Of a DNA stretch of 64,000 nt, positions 1 to 9,938 are shown piece after piece; position 1 is the stretch's first letter; each line of letters begins with the position of its first letter. A program made the translations under genes and the position numbers. Below the pieces are notes generated by a model. The model searched no databases, was not told where the DNA came from, and saw only the letters and a program-made list of their open reading frames with translations. The stretch comes from a virus (Duplodnaviria > Caudoviricetes): positions 128,001 through 192,000 of the IMG/VR virus record IMGVR_UViG_3300028591_000083; one strand, given 5' to 3'.

Positions 1-274
1 GATCTTCTCCATTTGAAATAGCTTTATTTATTGCTCTGTAAACTTTTTTCCAACTAGGATTTCTTACTGAATTTCTCAAAAATCTTGCGTCATCGGCTGT
101 TGGAATAGAATTATCTTGTGTTGGAATAAAGCTATAGTCTGTTGGAATAAAGTTAAATTCTTTTGAAATTTCGTTATTGTGATCTATTTGTCTTTTTATA
201 TCGTCTTGCAGCTTCGCAATAGTTGCCATAAAGACTAAGTTTAGAATAAGTGAAATTACAAGTGCATATATCAT
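1..274 (-). CDS. hypothetical membrane protein, 5' part only (runs off window)
   Basis: ATG at 274 after GGAG RBS; N-terminal hydrophobic MIYALVISLILNLVFMATIA. Confidence 0.6.
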   Translation of the reverse strand, partial: MIYALVISLILNLVFMATIAKLQDDIKRQIDHNNEISKEFNFIPTDYSFIPTQDNSIPTADDARFLRNSVRNPSWKKVYRAINKAISNGED

Positions 275-278
275 ACTA

Positions 279-605
279 TTACTCCTTACTGCAAACAGTT
301 CCAGAGAAATTCAAATCTAGTTTGATTTCATTTCGTGAAAACATCTTTCCAGAATTTCCATATTCACAGAAAACAGGGTCATAACCTGCTGTATATGAAA
401 CTAAATGTCCTTTGAATGGAATAATTTGTAATTCATTTCCGCGCTTTACTTTAATTTCAATTTTAATAGGCTCCATAAGATAATCACCAAGATCTACTTC
501 AAGAATGTTAGCATATCTTACCTTTGTATTACAGTAAGTGCAGAATCCATCAGAAGTCAACTCTCCACCACAGTTAGGACAATTTGTTTGTAAGACTTTA
601 TTCAT
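279..605 (-). CDS. zinc-ribbon hypothetical protein
   Basis: CPNCGG...CTYC at N-terminus. Confidence 0.6.
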   Translation of the reverse strand: MNKVLQTNCPNCGGELTSDGFCTYCNTKVRYANILEVDLGDYLMEPIKIEIKVKRGNELQIIPFKGHLVSYTAGYDPVFCEYGNSGKMFSRNEIKLDLNFSGTVCSKE

Positions 606-1225
606 GTCCAGTATCCCTCCTCTTTAAGTTTACTGATTACATCATTGATTCTTCTATATATTTTTAATAGTTTAGTGTTTGTAAACTCACGATAGCTTTC
701 ACTCTTCCAAATATCAGGAACAAGGTCAATTATTTTTGAAGTATCAATACAAAACATTCTTTCATAGTTATAGTAGTTTTCTGGTACTGCATTAACTGGA
801 ATAAGCATATCTACAATTAGTTGATCCTTAAATAATGTCAAACTAAAAGCTACAGATTCTTGCTCAATTTCAAATTCACAACGAGTCTCAAGCGAGTCTG
901 AAAATTCTCTTGAAATCATATTAGAACAGCAACAGCCTTCATTTTCTGCCAAATAAAAATCAACAAATGCTTGCTTTAAATCAAAGTAAACCCGTCTTAA
1001 AAAGGCATCATAGTCTAGGTTATTCATATACTCTTCTCGTGAGGCAACATGCTTTAATACCCGAACCTCACCACTAAATAAATTATTTCTCGTTACACAA
1101 AGACCATTTTCAAACAAAAGATCATAAGGTGGTTGATCTATCGCTTTCAGAACAGAGAAATAGTATTTCCTATCTTTTCCTTTTCCACTGCTAAGAAAAT
1201 AAACGTCACCAACAATAAATTCCAT
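602..1225 (-). CDS. hypothetical protein (start revised to MEFIVG)
   Basis: AGGAGG RBS upstream of ATG at 1225. Confidence 0.6.
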   Translation of the reverse strand: MEFIVGDVYFLSSGKGKDRKYYFSVLKAIDQPPYDLLFENGLCVTRNNLFSGEVRVLKHVASREEYMNNLDYDAFLRRVYFDLKQAFVDFYLAENEGCCCSNMISREFSDSLETRCEFEIEQESVAFSLTLFKDQLIVDMLIPVNAVPENYYNYERMFCIDTSKIIDLVPDIWKSESYREFTNTKLLKIYRRINDVISKLKEEGYWT

Positions 1226-1226
1226 T

Positions 1227-1721
1227 TTAATTTTCCTCCTTGTTTTTACAGTTATGACACATATAATGATCAGACTCAACTTCACATTCAGAACCAATAT
1301 ATTTGATATGACAATTCACTTTTAGACGGAACTCATGAATGATATCTTTTAAGATTTTTGGGTTATTGATGCAATCATCAATATAAATGTAAACATCATA
1401 ATGAACGAATATTTCATCGTTGCATATAGGGTTTACAATTACTCTACCACGAGGAAAATAATCATAGCTTACAGTACATCCATTTTCCAATCTATAGTTG
1501 ACAAATTTATCATTCCATATTCTTTTATGTTCCAATGTTGTTGATATCTTCTCGCCTGTATCCACTTGTTTTGTAAAAGCTACAAGCTGTTCATTGATTA
1601 TCCAAAATATTCCCTCACTCGGAATATATGGCATATAATCTTCATACAATTCCGCCAAGAAGTGATTGCGGTTTTCCAACATTTTCACGATTTCTTCCTG
1701 CGAAGGTATTCTTTTATTCAT
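1227..1721 (-). CDS. hypothetical protein, GIFW...Y(F/Y)PRGRV...HYxC family; paralog of 43032..43460
   Basis: shared motifs GIFWI, HKxxW, YFPRGRV, HYMC; RBS AGGAGG before ATG 1721. Confidence 0.7.
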   Translation of the reverse strand: MNKRIPSQEEIVKMLENRNHFLAELYEDYMPYIPSEGIFWIINEQLVAFTKQVDTGEKISTTLEHKRIWNDKFVNYRLENGCTVSYDYFPRGRVIVNPICNDEIFVHYDVYIYIDDCINNPKILKDIIHEFRLKVNCHIKYIGSECEVESDHYMCHNCKNKEEN

Positions 1722-1750
1722 AAAAAATCCTCCTGACAATTCCTGTATAA

Positions 1751-1784
1751 ATATAGTATAACATACTATTAAGGAAATGTCAAG
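1751..1784 (-). promoter_or_regulatory. sigmaA-type promoter
   Basis: TTGACA-N17-TATACT with extended TG. Confidence 0.85.
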
Positions 1785-1806
1785 AGGATTTGAAAATAAT
1801 TATGAA

Positions 1807-2322
1807 TTAACAATATTGCTTAATCAGATCTCCGATAATGAAATGAAGTTTATCATCTGAAATTGTTCCTTGATTGTTCGCCAGTCCAACACTGTCACAA
1901 AGTTCGTGCTTTGATGTAATTTCAAATGTGAACCCTGACGGAGTTTTATCTACATTTACGGCACGAATGCAATCAAGTGCCGTTTCTACATTATCTAGGA
2001 ATCTAAGCACAATATCATAGTGAACAGCTTTATCGTGAAATGTCCAACAGAAGCTAGACTTTTCTTCACGGATGATGACATCAACTTCATATCTATAGCC
2101 AATAACTCTTTCCTGAACCTCTACTGGTCTGTCAACCGTATAGTTTACGTCACATTCTCCTCTTTTGTTTATAGCATTCATACTATCACAGTACATCACT
2201 GCATCTGCCTCAGTCAAGAATGCCGTTACAACTTTTGAATAACCTCTTTCATTGTAAACGATTGGAAAAATAGTCATACTTCGCTTAACTCCTTTACATT
2301 TTTTGCACAAACTGTGTAACAC
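1807..2322 (-). CDS. hypothetical protein (true start probably MTIFP near 2277)
   Basis: ORF track; co-oriented. Confidence 0.5.
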   Translation of the reverse strand: MLHSLCKKCKGVKRSMTIFPIVYNERGYSKVVTAFLTEADAVMYCDSMNAINKRGECDVNYTVDRPVEVQERVIGYRYEVDVIIREEKSSFCWTFHDKAVHYDIVLRFLDNVETALDCIRAVNVDKTPSGFTFEITSKHELCDSVGLANNQGTISDDKLHFIIGDLIKQYC

Positions 2323-2459
2323 AGTTTCATCTTTTCAGCTAGTTCTTTTGTGTCCTCGTTATTGTCCGATTTCTGATTTAGTTCCCAAATCAAAAGACCT
2401 AGTTCTTCTAGGTACTTTAGTGCTTCTTCTGCTTTTTTCTTTGTGGATACTTTCATTTG

Positions 2460-3068
2460 TTAAATTTCCTTTCTAATTTGAATAGAGTTTTGCTTATGAT
2501 CTACAACATAGTTGTAAAATCCGTAACAGATTTCAAATTTTGCATCCCTGATATCTTCTTCATTGGATACAACTAAATCAGCTAATTTTCTAATCTCCAT
2601 TAGATTGAATTTTTCGTTATCGTCTTTTAGTCTGCGATTCCATTCTGTCTGGTCAAATGATGCTCTGTGCTTAGCACGTTTCTCTCGTGTGGCATCACTT
2701 GCATCAACATAGACAACATATACATTTTCTTTGCCGTATTCTTTTATATAGTCTTTTGTTCCTTGAATATCAACGATTGTTCCATAGTTTACCTTTGTTG
2801 GATCTACTCTTGCTGAACCATAATACCAGATATCTTCTTTTCCGGCAACACAGGTTTTATACTCTCTTGTTTGAAAGAACTTACCATGATTCTTCATATC
2901 TTTGAAATATTGTTCACTCACAAAGAAATAATCAACGCCGTTACTCTCGTTTCCTCGCTTTGGTCTAGTGGTATGAGATATGATTTTCTGTACGAATTTA
3001 TCTTTTACAAGATCATTTAGAATTGTATCTTTTCCACTTGCTGATTTTCCACATAGAATAAGAATCAT
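2460..3068 (-). CDS. gmk: guanylate kinase
   Basis: GKSASGKDT P-loop, SHTTRPKRGNE..GVDYFF, WYYGS. Confidence 0.9.
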   Translation of the reverse strand: MILILCGKSASGKDTILNDLVKDKFVQKIISHTTRPKRGNESNGVDYFFVSEQYFKDMKNHGKFFQTREYKTCVAGKEDIWYYGSARVDPTKVNYGTIVDIQGTKDYIKEYGKENVYVVYVDASDATREKRAKHRASFDQTEWNRRLKDDNEKFNLMEIRKLADLVVSNEEDIRDAKFEICYGFYNYVVDHKQNSIQIRKEI

Positions 3069-3106
3069 TTAACTGAGCCTCCGTGTTAATTTTTCTACAT
3101 ATATAT

Positions 3107-3152
3107 ATTATAACACATCTTACTAAAAATGTCAAGTAAGATGTGTTATAAT
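3107..3152 (-). promoter_or_regulatory. sigmaA promoter embedded in a perfect 18-bp inverted repeat
   Basis: TTGACA-N17-TATAAT; arms 3107-3124 and 3135-3152. Confidence 0.85.
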
Positions 3153-3419
3153 TTTTTGATTTAATTTTATTCTTCGTTTGGAATAATAACTATAAACTTA
3201 GGATCAACAAAACATCTACATCTTGATCTTTCAATCCCATGTTTGGAGAACTCGTTGAACTTGTTAAAGACTTTATCGAATGTATTTATAAACTTACTCA
3301 ATGCGTCTACATTCGCTTCTGACAATGAATAGTCACTCTTTTGACACCTAAGTATATCGACAATTAGTTCTATATCATCAATCATGAAATATCCTTCGGG
3401 AAGTTTTACATCTTTCATT

Positions 3420-4235
3420 TTACTCTCCTTCGTTATTCACAACGTAAACCATAGCATTCTTAATAACTCCTTGATTCTTAAAAGGACAGTTATTCTTATT
3501 TGAATAATACAGATCTACAATATAATCTCCACCGCTACAATCGTCAACAAAGTAATATCCACTAAGTTCCGGAAACTCTGGAACATCCATATAAATAGTT
3601 GTTTGTTTTCCTTTATATGAATATCCACACTTAGGGATAATTCCTTTCACGCCCATAACAATACTTTTACTAGCTACTGATCCCATTACTCCGGAGCTAG
3701 TTGTTGAACAGTCAAGAAGTGTTCTTCCAGAACCACCTTTCAAACCATTCGGATTCTGATTCTTTGTTGGTGTATAGTATGTGAGTTTGAATACACCTAC
3801 TGGAATCAAATTATCGGCAATATCAGTTTTTGTTGCTTTTGTTGTGGTAGTTGTTACTTTCTTTTTTGTTGTTGAAATAGTGGTTGTTACTCCGGCAGTC
3901 GTTGTTCGTTTTAGTGGTAAAGTTGTATTGTCTTGTGCTGTTGATGTTACAACTTCGATTTCTGTAATACATGAAGTTGTATTGGTTGTGGTTTCTGCAA
4001 CAGAAGTTGTATTGGTTTCCGTGGTTTCAGTATCACTTGTTGATTCTGTAATAGTTTCTTCTGTTGTGCTTGTGGTTGTGTTTGTTGTCGTTTCTTGTGT
4101 TTCATATGATGTACCTACAATACTATTATCATTTGTTTCTCCTGCCGGAATATTGAAGAAACAAACCATAATAATAAATGTAAGTAGAACAAACATCATA
4201 ATGAACGCAATGTAAAAACCTTTCTTGAATCTCAT
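3420..4235 (-). CDS. membrane-anchored protein with Thr-rich stalk and C-terminal 3D/RlpA-like peptidoglycan-active domain
   Basis: N-terminal TM helix; poly-Thr linker; FKLTYY...SVA...VDDC..G..IVDLY pattern. Confidence 0.6.
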   Translation of the reverse strand: MRFKKGFYIAFIMMFVLLTFIIMVCFFNIPAGETNDNSIVGTSYETQETTTNTTTSTTEETITESTSDTETTETNTTSVAETTTNTTSCITEIEVVTSTAQDNTTLPLKRTTTAGVTTTISTTKKKVTTTTTKATKTDIADNLIPVGVFKLTYYTPTKNQNPNGLKGGSGRTLLDCSTTSSGVMGSVASKSIVMGVKGIIPKCGYSYKGKQTTIYMDVPEFPELSGYYFVDDCSGGDYIVDLYYSNKNNCPFKNQGVIKNAMVYVVNNEGE

Positions 4236-4255
4236 AGATATCTATCTCCTATTCT

Positions 4256-5200
4256 TTAATGTGCTTCAATATCGGCTTGGTGCAACAATTCAAGTAAAGC
4301 TCTGAATCTCTTTCCGTTATACTTTTCAAAGTTATCCAACTTGAAATTCTCATCAAAGAATCTCATGTGATTCTGAATCAGTGTAGCAACAGAAATTGCT
4401 TCTTCATCTGTTGCTGTAAACATATTGCTGAGATATGGATTTGACAATTCGCCGCACAAATACAAATATGCACCAACCTCTGCATGATTATAGTAATGTG
4501 CATGATCGTCAATCTTTCCGGAAAATGTTTCATAAGTCTTACAAATTGGCTTACCGATATCGTGATATAATGTTGCCATATTTAGAATTTTTCGGTCTGT
4601 ATCACTTAAATCCATATACATTGTTAATTCTACTACTCTTTGATATGCTTTCTCCATGTGTTCTGAAAGAGTAAGTGTATGATTTGGATTATCTTGATCC
4701 ATTCCAACTGTTTTCAGAAAATAATCTAATGCTTTATTTTTATTATATGGATGTCTTGTATAATAAACAGCTTCAAATCCTTCTTCTGTGGTAGGGACAG
4801 TCATGTGTTTTAACATTCTCATAATAACTTCTTCTGGCACTTTTCTTTCTCTTTGTGCATTTTGTTTCAAACACACATCAAGTTCGGTACACATAAGAAT
4901 TGCTACTTTTCTAATTTCTTTCGGAATTGTATTGAGAAATGCCCTACGTCTTTTTCTCGAAAGATTTGTTGCATCGTACACTACATTCTTTCCGGCAACA
5001 AACAACTTCTTAATCCGGCTATGAACTTCATTAAATACTTCATTATTATGTGTTTGATCATTTTCATCTTCAAACAGTTCTTTTCTGATTTCGTCAGAAG
5101 ATACAATCTCAGTATTACCGTCATCATTGATAAGAGCTTCATTTGCATGATATGATTTTCCTGAACCCGGAAGTCCTACCATCATAAAAAGTGTTTGCAT
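4256..5200 (-). CDS. polynucleotide kinase (AAA_33) fused to HD phosphohydrolase
   Basis: GLPGSGKS, SSDEIR, DATNL..RR; H..TLSEH, LYHDIGK, HYYNH, ADIEAH. Confidence 0.88.
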   Translation of the reverse strand: MQTLFMMVGLPGSGKSYHANEALINDDGNTEIVSSDEIRKELFEDENDQTHNNEVFNEVHSRIKKLFVAGKNVVYDATNLSRKRRRAFLNTIPKEIRKVAILMCTELDVCLKQNAQRERKVPEEVIMRMLKHMTVPTTEEGFEAVYYTRHPYNKNKALDYFLKTVGMDQDNPNHTLTLSEHMEKAYQRVVELTMYMDLSDTDRKILNMATLYHDIGKPICKTYETFSGKIDDHAHYYNHAEVGAYLYLCGELSNPYLSNMFTATDEEAISVATLIQNHMRFFDENFKLDNFEKYNGKRFRALLELLHQADIEAH

Positions 5201-5209
5201 TTCTATTAT

Positions 5210-5527
5210 TCACCCTTTCAGCATTCTTCTTTTCGTTGAATTTATTTCTTTATTTAGTTCCTTTATTTCTTTTTCTAACTTTTTAATTTTTGCTTCTTTC
5301 CACAACACGTCTTCCATATTTAATTCAAGGATATATACATCTTTATCAGCATGAATAATATCTTCTGTATTCTGAAACTTGTTTCTGCGACTAGAATCAA
5401 ATTTTTGTTTTTCTAAACAAGAAGATGAACAACGAACTATGCATTTAGGACTGTGACATGGGCTTTTCATTTCATATTTAGCATATTCCCACAATCTATC
5501 ATACTGATCTTCTGTAAGTTTAATCAT
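5210..5527 (-). CDS. Cys-containing hypothetical (start revised to MIKLTE); paralog of neighbours
   Basis: GAGGTG RBS; similar to 5520..5891. Confidence 0.55.
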   Translation of the reverse strand: MIKLTEDQYDRLWEYAKYEMKSPCHSPKCIVRCSSSCLEKQKFDSSRRNKFQNTEDIIHADKDVYILELNMEDVLWKEAKIKKLEKEIKELNKEINSTKRRMLKG

Positions 5528-5891
5528 CGCACACCTCAATGCTTTCTTCCATAAAATTCTTAAAATCTTCGCAAACTTGTGTGTACTTACGTGAAAGTTC
5601 TTCATATTCACTACCAATAGTAATCATGTTTGAATATTTGGTGCAGAAATCTTTTATAATGCTGTTGTCAAGCATTTTTAGCACATCCGAGAATTTAGAA
5701 TTCCTCTCTTCCTTAAATGCACGTTCTTCTCGACATCCACAGCACTCCCATCCAACTCCATGTGTAATGCACAACCCATGATGACTACCTTCTCTACATG
5801 GATCATTTTGCATAAATCTGCAATATTCTACCAAGTTACCGTATTCCTTGTTCGTTATCCTTGTTTTCATGTATGATCTACTCCTACTCAC
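5520..5891 (-). CDS. Cys-containing hypothetical protein
   Basis: ORF; overlapping stop/start with neighbours. Confidence 0.55.
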   Translation of the reverse strand: MSRSRSYMKTRITNKEYGNLVEYCRFMQNDPCREGSHHGLCITHGVGWECCGCREERAFKEERNSKFSDVLKMLDNSIIKDFCTKYSNMITIGSEYEELSRKYTQVCEDFKNFMEESIEVCDD

Positions 5892-6157
5892 TCATCAAAT
5901 CTTGTTTCAATCATGGCGTGAATTCCGTAAAGCATTTTTCTAGCGTTCTCTTTTGCATCAGAAGCGTGTTCAAGAAATTTCTCCGCATTATACAAATTGA
6001 TTGATGCATCAATATAGCTATGAATAATTGGATCTTTGATAATTTCTTTGATATCCTTATATTCTTTGAAATCCTCAACAGAATCACCTGTATCAATCAA
6101 ATATTTAATAAGGCGATCAACCTTTTCCTTTTCTGTAAGTGTGATTTGAACTTTCAT
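5888..6157 (-). CDS. hypothetical protein
   Basis: AGGAGG RBS; ORF. Confidence 0.55.
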   Translation of the reverse strand: MKVQITLTEKEKVDRLIKYLIDTGDSVEDFKEYKDIKEIIKDPIIHSYIDASINLYNAEKFLEHASDAKENARKMLYGIHAMIETRFDE

Positions 6158-6226
6158 TTACTTAGTCCTCCTTAATAAAATAATTGGCATACTCTTCATA
6201 TAGATTCTTAACCATATTTCTTTACA

Positions 6227-6526
6227 TTACCACCATATATAGATATAGAATTCGTGTGGCATTTTATCCTCATTAATCAGTTTTTCAAAAGCCTTATAAA
6301 TCTTATTATAGTTGGTCCATTCAGATTCATCCTCACTGCAATCTTCTGTCATTTCTTCAATGTTTACATCATCAATATAGCACATAGATCCATTTCCGTC
6401 ATCCCCGTATAGAGCCTCAAAAATTTCATGTTCGCTAAGACCTGTCATTTCTGTAAGAATAGGGTACAAATCATTAATATCGACTGTATCCCTTTTATTA
6501 AAAGGTACGATATATTTATTGTTCAT
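6227..6526 (-). CDS. acidic hypothetical protein
   Basis: AGGAGG RBS; ends YIWW. Confidence 0.55.
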   Translation of the reverse strand: MNNKYIVPFNKRDTVDINDLYPILTEMTGLSEHEIFEALYGDDGNGSMCYIDDVNIEEMTEDCSEDESEWTNYNKIYKAFEKLINEDKMPHEFYIYIWW

Positions 6527-6528
6527 TT

Positions 6529-7656
6529 TTAATTTTCCTCCTTGATAAAATAGTTAGAATACCAATGCCAATCCAATAATGTGAACCAACCATATGCATG
6601 ATGTTCGTAAGACTTCATCACAAGCGTTTTGAATCCACCGTCATGTACTGTCTTATTTACAATCTTAAAGAAATCATATCTTTTCATCTTTTCGTCAAAT
6701 GGAATATTGTCAAGCAATAAAGCTGCTTGTTTGATTTTGTTATACCGGTCTACAACAGCGTTAAACTTTTCTTGCAGATTTGGAAAATAACTAAGTAGTT
6801 CTTCATAGTCTCCTTCAAAGTATAGCTTGATAAAATACTTATCTGAGAACTGACCATTATTATACAGATAATGAAGTTGCAACCAATTAAGGTTTTTGAT
6901 CTTTAATCTGTCATTCTTGCTGTCTTTTACAACAATTCCTTCAAGCTCCTGCGCTTTGAATGTCGATACATATTCTTCAATGTCTTTCAGACTTTTGAAA
7001 TCATATACTTTAGGTCTATGAAAAATACATCTTGTTTCAACTTCTTCCAATGTCTTATTATTCCGACACATAAGAAAATACATATCTACTTTCTTATACG
7101 GAATAATGATTTGAAAGTTTGGTGAAACAAATTCAAAACAATACGTGCAATCAGGATCAAGCATTTCAATATTGAATCTTGTATGTTCATACTCTACAAG
7201 ATAATCATTGATCTCGTGTTGCATTCTTCTTAACTTCGTTGTGTTTCCGGCAGCTACCGTATCTTCTGCTAGATCAAATACTGATCTTGTTCCAAATCTC
7301 CACTTGCCGTCAAAGAAATACATGAATACAAGAGAACCATCAACTTTCTCTGTTGCAGAAATATTATTGTTTAATTCTGCCGCACAAGGTTCTCCAAGAT
7401 TATAGAACCTATTAAACCCGTATCGTACAACAGAACATTCATTTTCAATATCAAGAATCAATCCACGACATTCAGTTACAATGTCACTTGGTTCTGAAAG
7501 ACCATGAACATAATTAAATAAAACTAAATGATACGGTTTTCCAGTATCTTTGAATGTTCCGGTTTTATGCTTAGTTTGAATATGATAAGGAGAATCCTTA
7601 ATAAGGTTCTCCCAATCATCTTCATGTTCAAGAATAAATCTTTGAACAGCTAACAT
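6529..7656 (-). CDS. RNA ligase (T4 Rnl1-like)
   Basis: ECRGLIL, FNRFYN, motif I EKVDGS, CFEFVSP, EGIVV, RLKIKN. Confidence 0.9.
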   Translation of the reverse strand: MLAVQRFILEHEDDWENLIKDSPYHIQTKHKTGTFKDTGKPYHLVLFNYVHGLSEPSDIVTECRGLILDIENECSVVRYGFNRFYNLGEPCAAELNNNISATEKVDGSLVFMYFFDGKWRFGTRSVFDLAEDTVAAGNTTKLRRMQHEINDYLVEYEHTRFNIEMLDPDCTYCFEFVSPNFQIIIPYKKVDMYFLMCRNNKTLEEVETRCIFHRPKVYDFKSLKDIEEYVSTFKAQELEGIVVKDSKNDRLKIKNLNWLQLHYLYNNGQFSDKYFIKLYFEGDYEELLSYFPNLQEKFNAVVDRYNKIKQAALLLDNIPFDEKMKRYDFFKIVNKTVHDGGFKTLVMKSYEHHAYGWFTLLDWHWYSNYFIKEEN

Positions 7657-7665
7657 CTAATCACC

Positions 7666-7974
7666 TCAAAACTCAATATATGTTACATCCGAATATCCAA
7701 GAGCGTACAGGATGTTCATGCCAGACACACGCTTGCACTTTCTCCGGAGTTCTTCGTACTGAGAGCCGACACCTGTTACTGCTTTTGCAAAATAATCATC
7801 AGTGACATCATAATTAACTTCCCACACAAGAGTAGTGAAATCAAGATCAACTGTAATGTACTTATGATCTTCGAGTTTTGCAATGTATACCGTTTCACAA
7901 TCATCATACTTCTCAAATCCTCTTTCTTCGAGTTCCTTTTTGATATCCAACTCATTCACCTTAATTGTTTTCAT
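7666..7974 (-). CDS. hypothetical early protein (start revised to MKTIK)
   Basis: AGGAGG RBS downstream of promoter 8031-8064. Confidence 0.6.
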   Translation of the reverse strand: MKTIKVNELDIKKELEERGFEKYDDCETVYIAKLEDHKYITVDLDFTTLVWEVNYDVTDDYFAKAVTGVGSQYEELRRKCKRVSGMNILYALGYSDVTYIEF

Positions 7975-8030
7975 TTTTATTTCCTCCTGTTTGTTTGTGT
8001 TTTTGGTTTTTACAGTTTGTCTTACTGTAA

Positions 8031-8064
8031 ATATAGTATAACACATATTTGCTGAAAAGTCAAG
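8031..8064 (-). promoter_or_regulatory. sigmaA-type promoter
   Basis: TTGACT-N17-TATACT, extended TG. Confidence 0.8.
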
Positions 8065-8113
8065 AGATTTTCGGAATGTTTATATGAACACACAAAAATC
8101 TCTTGAATTTACA

Positions 8114-8371
8114 TTATTCGTTTGTATACTTTTTCATCCACGGTGCGTTTGCGATTTCGATGATTTTCTTCGCCTCATTCAAACATTTATAGCTGCAAAA
8201 CCATCTTGCTCTGTGTTTCTTGTTGTATGTTTTATAAGCCCATTGTCTTGTAGGGATACCAAATTGTTTATCACATACAGGACAAACAACAGAGTATGCT
8301 GTCTTTTTTTGAATTTCATCACTCAACAAGAATTCCTTGCTCATCTTTTTCAACCCCCATAATTTCATCAA
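8114..8371 (-). CDS. small zinc-finger protein
   Basis: CPVC...FCSYKC. Confidence 0.55.
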   Translation of the reverse strand: MMKLWGLKKMSKEFLLSDEIQKKTAYSVVCPVCDKQFGIPTRQWAYKTYNKKHRARWFCSYKCLNEAKKIIEIANAPWMKKYTNE

Positions 8372-9431
8372 TTTGTTGAATAGCCGCCGATCTCATTAAG
8401 TGCCATTCCATGAGAGAGCCGTATTTTCTTGTAATAACTGCAACAAACCTTCTTTGACTTGCCGCCGATGGTGGGTTTATTTCTCCTGAAAGAACTTTCT
8501 TTGTATAAGAATATCTATTACTATGTCTATACGATTCTATCATTTCATGTTTTTCATCGACTGTTAATTTATTTCGATTTTGTTTAAGAACTTCTTTCTT
8601 GTACTGTCTAGCTATAGCACGTTTACAGTCATCCAATGCTTCTTCAAATGTATGAGCTTTTGTGTGTGGTTTCAAATTATCACAAAACTCTTTGAATATT
8701 TGCTCTCTTTCTTTTTCAGATATCTTTTCCATAAGATCACTCATCTACTACAAATCCAAGACCAGTCAACAAAGGTTTCGGTTCTTGTTTTAGGAACTTT
8801 TCTTCTGGTGTTTCTTGTATTTCACTGTCAGCTGAGTCTCCCCACATGATTTTTAATGCCGGTTCATTGTGGCTAGTCCACTCGTCTGGTACTTTCATGT
8901 TTGTCTTCTTAAATGAGTATTCAAGTCTAGTTAAATAGTCTTTTAAGAAATCAATGTCACCAATATCATCTTCTAATATAGCACAACTACTCTGCCCATG
9001 TTTAATTGCTTTGTGAATTAACTTAGTTACTCTTCTCAATGTTTTCTGATTCTTCTTTTCCATAATTTTAGTAAGACTTGATTCAGACATAGCTAATGCA
9101 ACTTCTGCCGGAGGAATATCAATTTTTGGCTTTCTACAAAACATAGTTAATCACCTTTAATCAATTTCTTATTTAAGCATTAGCACTCTATTGCTAGATT
9201 TGCTGAAACTCTGAAAACTGGCTACGTGTGCAGTTACATAAAATGATCTATTTACATCTGACTTAGAAACGATTGTTGCATGAGGTTCTTCTGATATCAC
9301 AAAAACATATTGATCAAGAAGTTCGGCTGTTAATATGGCAAACATCTTATCTCCTTTCGGATTATCTCTGAAATCAACAACAAAATAAACATCCTTTTCT
9401 TTAAGATTTTTTGTATCCACGAACATATTAC

Positions 9432-9938
9432 TCAACCTCCTGAAACAATGAGTTCAATTTCATGCAAGCTAATAGGTTTATAATTATGTCGTTCAACACA
9501 AACACAAAGAAACCCATTCTTATATGTGTCATACATAGGACTATTATGAACATGACCGTAAACATTGATATACATTCCATTCAGTCTAAATGCATTTGGT
9601 TCGTGTGATAACAACATGAAATCATTTACAAGAATTGGGTTATCGTATACTTCTTTGAATCCTAATTTACGATATTTTTCATTATTCCATGTATCGTGAT
9701 TTCCTTTTACAAGCCTAATATTTCCATTTAGCTGAGAAACAATGTCCTTTACTTCTTCCGGCGAAAGACCTAATGAGAAATCACCTAAATGATAAACAGT
9801 ATCATTTTTCTTCACAACAGAATTCCATTGTTGAATCATATACCTATTCATCTGTTCAACAGAAACAAAAGGTCTGTCACAATAAGGAATAATGTTTGTA
9901 TGTCCAAAGTGTGTATCAGAAATAAACCATGTATTCAT
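9432..9938 (-). CDS. calcineurin-like metallophosphoesterase
   Basis: SDTHFGH, HLGD, GNHD, HEP, GHVH. Confidence 0.9.
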   Translation of the reverse strand: MNTWFISDTHFGHTNIIPYCDRPFVSVEQMNRYMIQQWNSVVKKNDTVYHLGDFSLGLSPEEVKDIVSQLNGNIRLVKGNHDTWNNEKYRKLGFKEVYDNPILVNDFMLLSHEPNAFRLNGMYINVYGHVHNSPMYDTYKNGFLCVCVERHNYKPISLHEIELIVSGG

